Below, one piece after another: positions 1 through 11,516 of a stretch of DNA of 64,000 nucleotides; the first letter of the stretch is position 1; every line of letters starts with the position of its first letter. Position numbers and translations under genes: made by a program. The notes under the pieces were generated by a model. That model saw only the letters and a program-made list of their open reading frames with translations, ran no database searches and was not told the origin of the DNA. Source of the DNA: Convolutriloba macropyga (taxonomy: Eukaryota); contig NC_134480.1 of the NCBI RefSeq assembly GCF_964194025.1, positions 36,952,001 through 37,016,000 on the forward strand, in the 5' to 3' direction.

Positions 1-1
1 A

Positions 2-640
2 AAACATGCCTCACTAAAGCACCCCCAGACCATTGGAGCAGTAGAACGATCTCACGGACCACTGAAGCGAATATTGAAGCTCAATACTGAGGAACAATGG
101 AAAGATTGGCATAAATATGTTCCATTAGCAACGTTCATTCATAATACTTCATACCATTCAGCAACAAATTGTTGTCCTTCAACTTTATTCCATGGCAGAG
201 AATCAATAAAACCCCTTGACATTAGGTTCTCCAGAAAAGTATTGGATGCAGTAGCAGTAAATTCTGATTTTGTCAATGAACTGCAAGACGCCATGGTGCA
301 TAAATTTGGAGAAAACAAAGAAAAACTGACGACTGCTTACTTGAAAAACAAAAAGTATTATGACCAAAAAGCCTCAGCAAAACCCATTCCGGAGAAATCA
401 TTCTGTTTACTTTTGAATCCTAAGCTACTAGAACAGTCAACAGTAATAGCTTCCCAAGTTCAGAAATGGCTACCGCTATATAAAGTGGAAAAAGCCCTTA
501 CTGATTCTAATTACATCATTCAAAGTAAAAAAGAATTATACACAATGTGTTCACCGCATCAGATTGAAGCCAATTAAGCCAAGTGAAACTCCTGAAGACC
601 TTAAAGTAATTAACCCTACAAAATTTCAACCTGATCCGTC
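2..640 (+). pseudogene. Gypsy integrase C-terminal half (catalytic Glu region + GPY/F-like module), frameshifted near 520
   Basis: Frame 2 reads KHASLKHPQTIGAVERSHGPLKRILK...WHKYVPLATFIHNTSYHSA..CPSTLFHGRE (HPQT.G.VER and W...L....F.HN...HS...P..L..GRE integrase motifs), then QKWLPLYKVEK..SNYII. After a frameshift it continues KVKKNYTQCVHRIRLKPIKP. Confidence 0.9.
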
Positions 641-744
641 TTCCAAAACTCGCTAGTGGCTATGATAAATCAGATTTTAATATCATTTTTGAGCTAATAT
701 GTCAAGTCTTCGACCCTCTACCCATAACCATCTACATCCACTAG
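641..744 (+). pseudogene. Macrodomain C-terminal remnant (copy 1; rest deleted)
   Basis: Reads LPKLASGYDKSDFNIIFELICQVFDPLPITIYIH*; joined to the integrase tail at a GTC microhomology (CTGATCCGTC|TTCCAAAACT). Confidence 0.85.
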
Positions 745-2510
745 CATGTACAGACCCAGTGCAGTCTAGCAGTACCCTCTATTTGCCCCAAAAGCCCAAC
801 AAGCCTGAGTAACTTAGCCCTAAAGCCCAAAAATCACCCAAAATTCGGAAAATTTCGACATCAAATTCTAGTTATTTTGATATATCTCAAGAAATACTTG
901 TCCAAACCTGGATTAATCTATTGTTCTGAAAAGCCCTCATCAAGTAGAAGCGATTCCAGCTATAATTGACCCCTCTCAACTCGTTCTAGGTACCAAAAAC
1001 TTAGCCCAAAGTTGACCCTTCCAAAAATCCTAGGTTCACCTCAGAAAAACAGTCATAAAATTGTGAAAAATGCCCCGATCATTCCAAATGTTTGCGCTGC
1101 AGCATTTTTTAAGCCGGGGAACCGACATGCAAATTTTGAAGCGATTTGAAGAACTTTAAAAATTGAGTGACGCTTGAGCCCCTGAATTTTGACACTTTTC
1201 GAATCCGCACGAATTCGATCATAATTCCTACAAAAAACCTCCAATTGACCTTTTTTATAGCCCTAGACCATCCTACTGCTCACGTTAGACGTCCCAGTAC
1301 CCAACAATTCCGTCAAAAATCAATAAAAGTTGAGTTATGACAAAAATACTGAACCCTACCAAAGTGCGTTAAAATTGATTAAAATGTAGTGTAAATTATA
1401 TCCCAAAAATATGCCAAAAACTGTTCCAACTGCCTCCAGCAGCTACTCCCAGCAGCCACCCGCATGGTACAACCTCAAACAACCATAAAAACCCAATATT
1501 GCTAAGTATATGTTGACAAATGACGAAAAAATGAAAATTGCGCTTCTGCTTCAATTCACTGCTTCAAAAATTTTGTAATTTTATTTCCCACCTGACCCGA
1601 TTAAAGCAACCTATACCCCCTACAATTCTAGTGCAACCCTCCACTAGCCTTGTAGTACCATAAAACCAGTCCTAGCTCATCCCAGTATCAGCCATGAAGA
1701 CTTAAACCCAAATAAGCTCTGAAATTGCAACAATTTTGTCAGAAAAATTCAGTTTTTTCCCACTAGAGTCTAAATTATTAACTTCTGACAGCAATTAATT
1801 ATACCATCAGCACCGCATATATATCTCTCAGAATATGCACTCCCAGTCCCCTAGTGCCAATACAAGCTGAGAAAAGACTGCCAAAGTAACGAAAATCACA
1901 AAAAATTTAGTGTTTTTTCTGGAAAAATTGATCAAAAATGCATTTTAATACCCGAATATGCCCAGTTTTATTGTTTACTCAGTTAGCCCTACTCATGAGC
2001 AGTCAAACCATAGTTATTTCAATAATTTTGAACAAGTTTTTCATAACCTCATAGCCAATAACCTATCCCCTATCTGAGCCTTTTCAAAAAACCCAGGTTC
2101 ACTGCAGCAAAAACGTTATAACTCGTGAAAAAATACTCAAAACCGCCCCTGACGACCTTGAAGTAATTAACCCTACGAACTTTCAACCTGATCCGTCGAG
2201 AAGACAACACATGGGACCGGATTTGTTTGATAAACATATCCCGGAACTGATAAATGAACATGAAAAGGAAACCCATCAATCAAAAAGAGTGAAACCAGAT
2301 CCAGTTAAAGTGACCATAAATGTCCCCCTAGGTTGACCATTAGCAGGACCAGTAGCAGCAGCACCTCCAGCAGCACCACTGGCCCCACCAAGGGTAATAG
2401 CACCAGCCGTTAGACCACGAACAGCTCCAGTACATCTTACAACAAACCCTTACCTAACCAACCAAGTTAGAAGATCAGGCAGTCCTAGACCGAAAAATGC
2501 ACGTGCCAGA

Positions 2511-3329
2511 TTGGAACAAGAAGAAAAACGTGAAGCAATAAAAGCATCAGCACAAGCATCAAAACAATCAAATACACCAACTAGAGAGACAAAATTAGAT
2601 CAAGTTAGAGCTAGTATAGCCAAATATTCAGGAAAAAAGCCCAGCAGCTCAGCAAACAGACCAGTAACCAGATCTCAAACGAAAAACACTTCACCAGGCT
2701 CTTCAAACCAAAACTTAAATCATTTTAGTCAAGAAATAAATGCAACATATCTAAGTTCACCAACAGATATCTTATACTCTCCACACTCTTTTGCAAACTG
2801 TATATCAGCAGACCTTGCAATGGCAAAGGGGTTAGCCAGACAAGTCAAAAGTTGGTACCCAGCAGCCCCAAGTGCAATCAGACTTAGATATCCACCAGAT
2901 ATTGGCTCAGTTTTAATCTACTTTGACCCCATTTCCGAACGTTATATCTTCAGTTTAGTCACCAAAGTTAGGTACTACCACAAACCCACATACGAATCTG
3001 TATTAGCAAGTCTCTATGAATTGAGAGAAATAGTAATAGATGCAGGAATATCACACTTAAGTCTTCCAAAACTCGCTAGTGGCTATGATAAATCAGATTT
3101 TAATATCATTTTTGAGCTAATATGTCAAGTCTTCGACCCACTAGCATGTACAGACCCAGTGCAGTCTAGCAGTACCCTCTATTTGCCCCAAAAGCCCAAC
3201 AAGCCTGAGCAACTTAGCCCTAAAGCCCAAAAATCACCCAAAATTCGGAAAATTTCGACATCAAATACTAGTTATTTTGATATATCTCAAGAAATACTTG
3301 TCCAAACCTGGATTAATCTATTGTTCTGA
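2511..3329 (+). CDS. Pol C-terminal tail with TARG1/OARD1 (Poa1p-like) macrodomain, copy 2; last strand replaced through a 23-bp deletion; TGA upstream at 2334-2336
   Basis: FANCISADLAMAKGLA, RYIFSLVTKVRYYHKPTYESV and GISHLSLPKLASGYDK align by eye to TARG1 [37 protein letters not shown] and GVTDLSMPRIGCGLDR. Confidence 0.85.
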   Translation: MEQEEKREAIKASAQASKQSNTPTRETKLDQVRASIAKYSGKKPSSSANRPVTRSQTKNTSPGSSNQNLNHFSQEINATYLSSPTDILYSPHSFANCISADLAMAKGLARQVKSWYPAAPSAIRLRYPPDIGSVLIYFDPISERYIFSLVTKVRYYHKPTYESVLASLYELREIVIDAGISHLSLPKLASGYDKSDFNIIFELICQVFDPLACTDPVQSSSTLYLPQKPNKPEQLSPKAQKSPKIRKISTSNTSYFDISQEILVQTWINLLF

Positions 3330-4600
3330 AAAGCCCTCATCCAGTAGAAGCGATTCCAGTTATAATTGACGCCTCTCGAGCCGTTCTAGGTACCAAAAAC
3401 TTAGCCCAAAATTGACCCTTCCAAAAATACTAAAGTCACCACAGTCATAAAATTGTGAAAAATGCCCCGATCATTCCAAATTTTTGCGCTGCAGCATTTT
3501 TCAAGCCGAGGAATCGACATGCAGATTTTGAAGCGATTTGAAGAACTTTAAAAATTGAGTGACGCTGGAGCCCCTGAATTTTGACACTTCGAATCCGCAC
3601 GAATTCGATCATAACTCCTACAAAAAACCTCCAATTGACCTATTTTATAGCCCTAGACCATCCTACTGCTCACGCTTGACGTCCCAGTACCCAAAAATTC
3701 CGTCAAAAATCAATAAAAGTTGAGTTATGACAAAAATACTGAACCCTAACAAGTGCGTTAAAATTGATTAAAATGTAGTGTAAATTATACCCCAAAAATA
3801 TGCCAAAAACTGTTCCAACTGCCTCCAGCAGCTACTCCCAGCAGCCACCCGCATGGTACAACGTCAAACAACCATAAAAATCCAATGTTGCCAAGTATAT
3901 GTTGAAAAATGACGAAAAAATGAAAATTGCGCTTCTGCTTCAATTCACTGCTTCAAAAATTTTATCATTTTATTTCCCACCTGACCCGATTAAAGCAACC
4001 TATACCCCCTACAACCCTAGTGCAACCCTCCACTAGCCTTGTAGTACCATAAAAACCAGTTCTAGCTCATCCCAGTATCAGCCATGAAGACTTAAACCCA
4101 AATAAGCTCTGAAATTGCCACAATTTTGTCAGAAAAATTCAGTTTTTTCCCACTAGAGTCTAAATTATTAACTTCTGACAGCAATTAATTATACCATCAG
4201 CACCGCATATATATCTCTCAGAATATGCACTCCCAGTCCCCTAGTGCCAATACAAGCTGAGAAAAGACTGCCAAAGTAACGAAAATCACAAAAAATTTAG
4301 TGTTTTTTCTGGAAAAATTGATCAAAAATGCATTTTAATACCCGAATATGCCCAGTTTTATTGTTTACTCAGTTAGCCCTACTCATGAGCAGTCAAACCA
4401 TAGTTATTTCAATAATTTTGAACAAGTTTTTCATAACCTCATAGCCAATAACCTATCCCCTATTTGAGCCTTTTCAAAAAACCCAGGTTCACTGCAGCAA
4501 AAACGTTATAACTCGTGAAAAAATACTCAAAACCGCCCCTGACGACCTTGAAGTAATTAACCCTACGAACTGTCAACCTGATCCGTCGAGAAGACAACAC

Positions 4601-5718
4601 ATGGGACCGGATTTGTTTGATAAACATATCCCGGAACTGATAAATGAACAGGAAAAGGAAACCCATCAATCAAAAACAGTGAAACCAGATCCAGTTAAAG
4701 TGACCATAAATGTCCCCCTAGGTGGACCATTAGCAGGACCAGTAGAAGCAGCACCTCCAGCAGCACCACTGCCCCCACCAAGGGTAATAGCACCAGCCGT
4801 TAGACCACGAACAGCTCCAGTACATCTTACAACAAACCCTTACCTAACCGACCAAGTTTGAAAATCAGGCAGTCCTAGACCGAAAAATGCACGTGCCAGA
4901 TTGGAACAAGAAGAAAAACGTGATGCAAAAAAAGCATCAGCACAAGCATCAAAACAATCAAATACACCAACTAGAGAGACAAAATTAGATCAATTTAGAG
5001 CTAGTATAGCCAAATATTCAGGAAAAAAGCCCAGCAGTTCAGCAAACAGACCAGTAACCAGATCTCAAACGAAAAACTCTTCACCAGGCTCTTCAAACCA
5101 AAACTTAAATCATTTTAGTCAAGAAATAAATGCAACATATCTAAGTTCACCAACAGATATCTTATACTCTCCACACTCTTTTGCAAACTGTATATCAGCA
5201 GACCTTGCAATGGCAAAGGGATTAGCCAGACAAGTCAAAAGTTGGTACCCAGCAGCCCCAAGTGCAATCAGACTTAGATATCCACCAGATATTGGCTCAG
5301 TTTTAATCTACTTTGACCCCATTTCCGAACGTTATATCTTCAGTTTAGTCACCAAAGTTAGGTACTACCACAAACCCACATACGAATCTGTATTAGCAAG
5401 TCTCTATGAATTGAGAGAAATAGTAATAGATGCAGGAATATAATACTTAAGTCTTCCAAAACTCGCTAGTGGCTATGATAAATCAGATTTTAATATCATT
5501 TTTGAGCTAATATGTCAAGTCTTCGACCCACTAGCATGTACAGACCCAGTGCAGTCTAGCAGTACCCTCTATTTGCCCCAAAAGCCCAACAAGCCTGAGC
5601 AACTTAGCCCTAAAGCCCAAAAATCACCCAAAATTCGGAAAATTTCGACATCAAATACTAGTTATTTTGATATATCTCAAGAAATACTTGTCCAAACCTG
5701 GATTAATCTATCGTTCTG
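4601..5718 (+). pseudogene. Pol tail + TARG1-like macrodomain, copy 3 (stops at 4859-4861 and 5441-5443)
   Basis: ORFs 4601..4861 and 4901..5443 are in the same frame and match copy 2; a TCA>TAA change truncates the macrodomain. Confidence 0.85.
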
Positions 5719-6999
5719 AAAAGCCCTCATCCAGTAGAAGCGATTCCAGCTATAATTGACCCCTCTCGACCCGTTCTAGGTACCAAAAACTTAGCCCAAA
5801 GTTGACCCTTCCAAAAATCCTAGGATCACCTCAGAAAAACAGTAATAAAATTGTGAAAAATGCCCCGATCATTCCAAATGTTTGCGCTGCAGCATTTTTC
5901 AAGCCGAGGAACCGACATGCAAATTTTGAAGCGATTTTAAGAACTTTAAAAATTGAGTGACGCTTGAGCCCCTGAATTTTGACACTTTTCGAATCCGCAC
6001 GAATTCGATCATAACTCCTACAAAAAACCTCCAATTGACCTATTTTATAGCCCTAGACCATCCTACTGCTCACGCTTGACGTCCCAGTACCCAAAAATTC
6101 CGTCAAAAATCAATAAAAGTTGAGTTATGACAAAAATACAACCCTAACAAAGTGCGTTAAAATTGATTAAAATGTAGTGTAAATTATACCCCAAAAATAT
6201 GCCAAAAACTGTTCCAACTGCCTCCAGCAGCTACTCCCAGCAGCCACCCGCATGGTACAACGTCAAACAACCATAAAAACCCAATGTTGCCAAGTATATG
6301 TTGAAAAATGACGAAAAAATGAAAATTGCGCTTCTGCTTCAATTCACTGCTTCAAAAATTTTGTCATTTTATTTCCCACCTGACCCGATTAAAGCAACCT
6401 ATACCCCCTACAACCCTAGTGCAACCCTCCACTAGCCTTGTAGTACCATAATAACCAGTCCTAGCTCATCCCAGTATCAGCCATGAAGACTTAAACCCAA
6501 ATAAGCTCTGAAATTGCCACAATTTTGTCAGAAAAATTCAGTTTTTTCCCACTAGAGTCTAAATTATTAACTTCTGACAGCAATTAATTATACCATCAGC
6601 ACCGCATATATATCTCTCAGAATATGCACTCCCAATCCCCTAGTGCCAATACAAGCTGAGAAAAGACTGCCAAAGTAACGAAAATCACAAAAAATTTAGT
6701 GTTTTTTCTGGAAAAAGTGATCAAAAATGCATTTTAATACCCGAATATGCCCAGTTTTATTGTTTACTCAGTTAGCCCTACTCAAGAGCAGTCAAACCAT
6801 AGTTATTTCAATAATTTTGAACTAGTTTTTCATAACCTCATAGCCAATAACCTATCCCCTATCTGAGCCTTTTCAAAAAACCCAGGTTCACTGCAGCAAA
6901 AACGTTATTACTCGTGAAAAAATACTCAAAACTGCCCCTGAAGACCTTTAAGTAATTAACCCTACCAACTGTCAACCTGATCCGTCGAGAAGACAACAC

Positions 7000-8391
7000 A
7001 TGGGACCGGATTTGTTTGATAAACATATCCCGGAACTGATAAATGGACAAGAAAAGGAAACCCATCAATCAAAAACAGTGAAACCAGATCCAGTTAAAGT
7101 GATCATAAATGTCCCCCTAGATGGACCATTAGCAGGACCAGTAGAAGCAGCACCTCCAGCAGCACCACTGGCCCCACCAAGGGTAATAGCACCAGCCGTT
7201 AGACCACGAACAGCTCCAGTACATCTTCCAGTATTTGATTCTTCAAGCTCAGATGAAGCAATTCCTAATTTATTTGAAGAAAATAGTAGTTCAGATGAAA
7301 ACCTAGCTGACCTGAATCTAGATGCTGAACAAATAGCAAGAATACTGGTTGATCCACTAATTGCTGATGAAATTCGACAGCAAGAACCAGAAAATCCTGT
7401 TCCTCTAGTATCATCCCAATCAGATGATGAAATGTTTTCACCACTCCAGCAACCTCAGCCAGCAATAGTACCATTAGATGTTGAGTCCCCTCCAGAAACA
7501 CGAGAAGAACAATTTGCGTTAACTGACAGAAAAATAAGAGCGCGACCTTATAATCCTAAACGAAAACCAGAGAAAAGTGCATTCAAATCACTAGACTACC
7601 AACAGCGAAAAAATGTACGCGGATTTAAATGCGATAGAGAATTAATGTTGCATGAAGAAGATAGAACAAACCTTTACCTAACCAACCAAGTTAGAAGATC
7701 AGGCAGTCCTAGACCGAAAAACGCACGTGCCAGATTGGAGCAAGAAGAAAAACGTGAAGCAATAAAAGCATCAGCACAAGCATCAAAACAATCAAATACA
7801 CCAACTAGAGAGACAAAATTAGATCAAGTTAGAGCTAGTATAGCCAAATATTCAGGAAAAAAGCCCAGCAGTTCAGCAAACAGACCAGTAACCAGATCTC
7901 AAACAAAAAACTCTTCACCAGGCTCTTCAAACCAAAACTTAAATCATTTTAGTCAAGAAATAAATGCAACATATCTAAGTTCACCAACAGATATCTTATA
8001 CTCTCCACACTATTTTGCAAACTGTATATCAGCAGACCTTGCAATGGCAAAGGGATTAGCCAGACAAGTCAAAAGTTGGTACCCAGCAGCCCCAAGTGCA
8101 ATCAGACTTAGATATCCACCAGATATTGGCTCAGTTTTAATCTACTTTGACCCCATTTCCGAACGTTATATCTTCAGTTTAGTCACCAAAGTTAGGTACT
8201 ACCACAAACCCACATACGAATCTGTATAAGCATGTCTCTATGAATTAAGGGAAATAGTAATAGATGCAGGAATATCACACTTAAGTCTTCCAAAACTCGC
8301 TAGTGGCTACGATAAATTAGATTTTAATATCATTTTTGAGCTAATATGTCAAGTCTTCGACCCTCTACCCATAACCATCTACATCCACTAG
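7000..8391 (+). pseudogene. Most complete pol tail (Pro-rich, acidic and basic linker) + TARG1-like macrodomain, copy 4; one premature TAA at 8227-8229
   Basis: 409-aa ORF; the same frame continues past the TAA to ...LPKLASGYDKLDFNIIFELICQVFDPLPITIYIH* (TAG 8389-8391). Confidence 0.88.
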
Positions 8392-8689
8392 CTTGTACAG
8401 ACCCAGTGCAGTCTAGCAGTACCCTCTATTTGCCCCAAAAGCCCAACAAGCCTGAGCAACTTAGCCCTAAAGCCCAAAAATCACCCAAAATTCGGAAAAT
8501 TTCGACATCAAATACTAGTTATTTTGATATATCTCAAGAAATACTTGTCCAAACCTGGATTAATCTATTGTTCTGAAAAGCCCTCATCCAGTAGAAGCGA
8601 TTCCAGTTATAATTGACGCCTCTCGAGCCGTTCTAGGTACCAAAAACTTAGCCCAAAATTGACCCTTCCAAAAATACTAAAGTCACCAC

Positions 8690-11300
8690 AGTCATAAAAT
8701 TGTGAAAAATGCCCCGATCATTCCAAATTTTTGCGCTGCAGCATTTTTCAAGCCGAGGAATCGACATGCAGATTTTGAAGCGATTTGAAGAACTTTAAAA
8801 ATTGAGTGACGCTGGAGCCCCTGAATTTTGACACTTCGAATCCGCACGAATTCGATCATAACTCCTACAAAAAACCTCCAATTGACCTATTTTATAGCCC
8901 TAGACCATCCTACTGCTCACGCTTGACGTCCCAGTACCCAAAAAACCCGTCAAAAATTGATAAAAGTTGAGTTATGACAAAAATACTGAACCCTACCAAA
9001 GTGCGTTAAAATTGATTAAAATAGTGTAAATTATACCCCAAAAATATGTCAAAAACTGTTCCAACTGCCTCCAGCAGCTACTCCCAGCAGCCACCCGCAT
9101 GGTACAACCTCAAACAACCATAAAAACCCAATATTGCCAAGTATATGTTGAAAAATGACGAAAAAATGAAAATTGCGCTTCTGCTTCAATTCACTGCTTC
9201 AAAAGTTTTGTCATTTTATTTCCCACCTGACCCGATTAAAGCAACCTATACTCCCTACAACCCTAGTGCAACACCCCACTAGCCTTTTAGTGCCATGAAA
9301 ACCAGTCCTAGCTCATCCCAGTATCAGCCATGAAGACTTAAACCCAAATAAGCTCTGAAATTGCCACATTTTTGTCAGAAAAAATTCAGTTATTTCCCAC
9401 TAGAGTCTAAATTATTAACTTCTGACAGCAATTAATTATACCATCAGCACCCCCGCATACATATCCCTTAGAATATGCACTGCCAGTCCCCTAGTGCCAA
9501 TACAAGCTGAGAAAAGACTGCCAAAGTAACGAAAATCACAAAAAATTTAGTGTAATTTCTGGAAAAAGTGATCAAAAATGCATCTTAATACCCGAATATG
9601 CCCAGTTTTATTGTTTACTCAGTTAGCCCTACTCTTGAACAGTCCAACCATAGTTATTTCAAAAATTTTGAACAAGGTTTTCATAGCCTCATAGCCAATA
9701 ACCTATCCCCTATCTGAGCCTTTTCAAAAAAACCCAGGTTCACTGCAGCAAAAACGTTATAACTCGTGAAAAAATAGTCAAAACCACCCAAATTTTTGCG
9801 CTGCAGGGGTTTTTGAGAAAGCGATTCACCAATTTTGAGCTCAATCGAAGCATTTTAAAAATTGAGTGACGCTGGGGCTCTCAATTTTTGAGACTTTTTG
9901 AAAATTTACGTACATGTTCATAAATTTCGAAATGTTGATCGAAAACCCAATATTATTAGCTTAAAACATTTGTATGCTCAAGTTCTACATGCCCATATCA
10001 AAAATTTTGAAAATTGTTAAGTAAAATGTTGAAATAATAGCAAAAAACTGAAGCCTACCAAACTCTTCTCAAATTAGTCAAAATAGAGCCCGATTTAGAC
10101 CAGAAAAATAGTACTAAATATCCGATTTATGAGCCCAAATCCAATATTCAGTCTCCCTAGAAGTTGTCCAAGCCTAATAAACCCATACAATCTCACAGAA
10201 ATGCATAAATGTTGAAAAAAGTGAAAAAACCGAAATCTTCACATATTTGACCAAATTTAGTCCAAAATTATAAAGTGAAAAACTCCACATAATAAAGTCA
10301 AATCATGCACCAAACTGCACCAATAGCTGCCACCAACATAGTACTCACTAGTATGACTCTCAGTTACCGTGAAAATTCAATCATTTCCAACCTATGTCAA
10401 CTTATGCACCAAACATGACGCACCTCAAGTAAAAATCTAGCAAGTTCAAAAAAAAACTGGACCAAAACACATGTTAATCACTCCAAAAGCTACCAAAATG
10501 CTACCTCTGATAGCCACTGATATCAGTACTAACAGTTAGCACCTGATTTTGGCCACTAGAGAATCACCAGACCGACACATGTCTCGAAGAAGCTCAAATA
10601 TTAGAAAAATCATGTCTGAAAATTAGCATTTTGGACGTAAAAACCAATGTTCTGACCCGATAAATAGCTTCAGATCCTATAATTCAGTAATATACATTAG
10701 TACCAAGCATAGACAGTACCATTTTAACCATTTAATGCCGATAATGTATGAAGAGTGATGATTTATTCAGACCGAAATTTCATGATTCAAAAATAGCCAG
10801 GTTCAGATCACGAAAACAGTCATAACTTTGCGAAAAATGCCCAAATTGCGCCAAGTTTTTTGCGCTGCAGCGTTTTTTGAGCTACTAAAGCGATCTGCCA
10901 ATTTTGAGCCCGATTGGAGCAATTTAAAAATTGAGTGACGCTGGAGCCCTCAAATTTTCGCATTTTTCGTTTTCTCAAACATGAATAAAAAAGTTGACCA
11001 AAAAGTGCCCAAAAACCTGAATTTATAGCATAGTAATAACCCACCGATGTCTACCGAGTGGGCCAAGCCAAAACATTTGCCCAAAGTGCAATAAAAATTG
11101 AAAAATTCACATATATGCAACACCAGTCTTGATGTGGAAAAATGACCTAATTCACGAAAAAATTACATGTAAAAATTAGTACCAAATCAGTTCAAATTAC
11201 ACACAAATGCTGCTAATAACGAGGACAAGTACCTAGAACCATTAGAACCAGTTTATGACCAGTATTTCACAAGTAAAGTTAAGTTAATGCTCAAGAATGA
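8690..11300. repeat. Old, diverged ~1.065-kb tandem units in the pol-env spacer with a conserved ~150-bp core
   Basis: GCGCTGCAG at 8733, 9798 and 10862 (spacing 1065, 1064); ATTGAGTGACGCTGG at 8801, 9861 and 10930. Flanks are recognisably homologous but diverged. Confidence 0.85.
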
Positions 11301-11516
11301 AAAAAGCCATTATGTCATCAATTTTGCACACTTACAAATATATCATTATAAAGTCACACACTGCAATTAAAAAGTTACCATATGCTCACACTCACTATAG
11401 CTTCTAGGCCCAACAGTCAAAACCAATTATCCAAGCTACAATTGTCAAATAACAAGTAAAAACATACCTATAAATGAAACTAATCTACTTGATGAATACA
11501 ATTGCACAGACACTAG

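Larger units (their letters stand above)
591..9790 (+). repeat. Four-copy tandem amplification of the pol tail + macrodomain + 3' non-coding segment (units start ~591, ~2149, ~4539, ~6938; about 1.56, 2.39, 2.40 and 2.85 kb)
   Basis: Near-identical blocks recur, e.g. GACCTT(A/G)AAGTAATTAACCCTAC at ~597/2154/4544/6943, with the same junction ...AAAATACTCAAAAC(C/T)GCCCCTGA... at each boundary. Confidence 0.95.

Noticed and set aside
1053-7501. Recurrent 63-78-aa minus-strand ORFs in the tandem array
   Set aside because: They recur only because the DNA is repeated; they are antisense to pol or in non-coding spacer and have no motifs.
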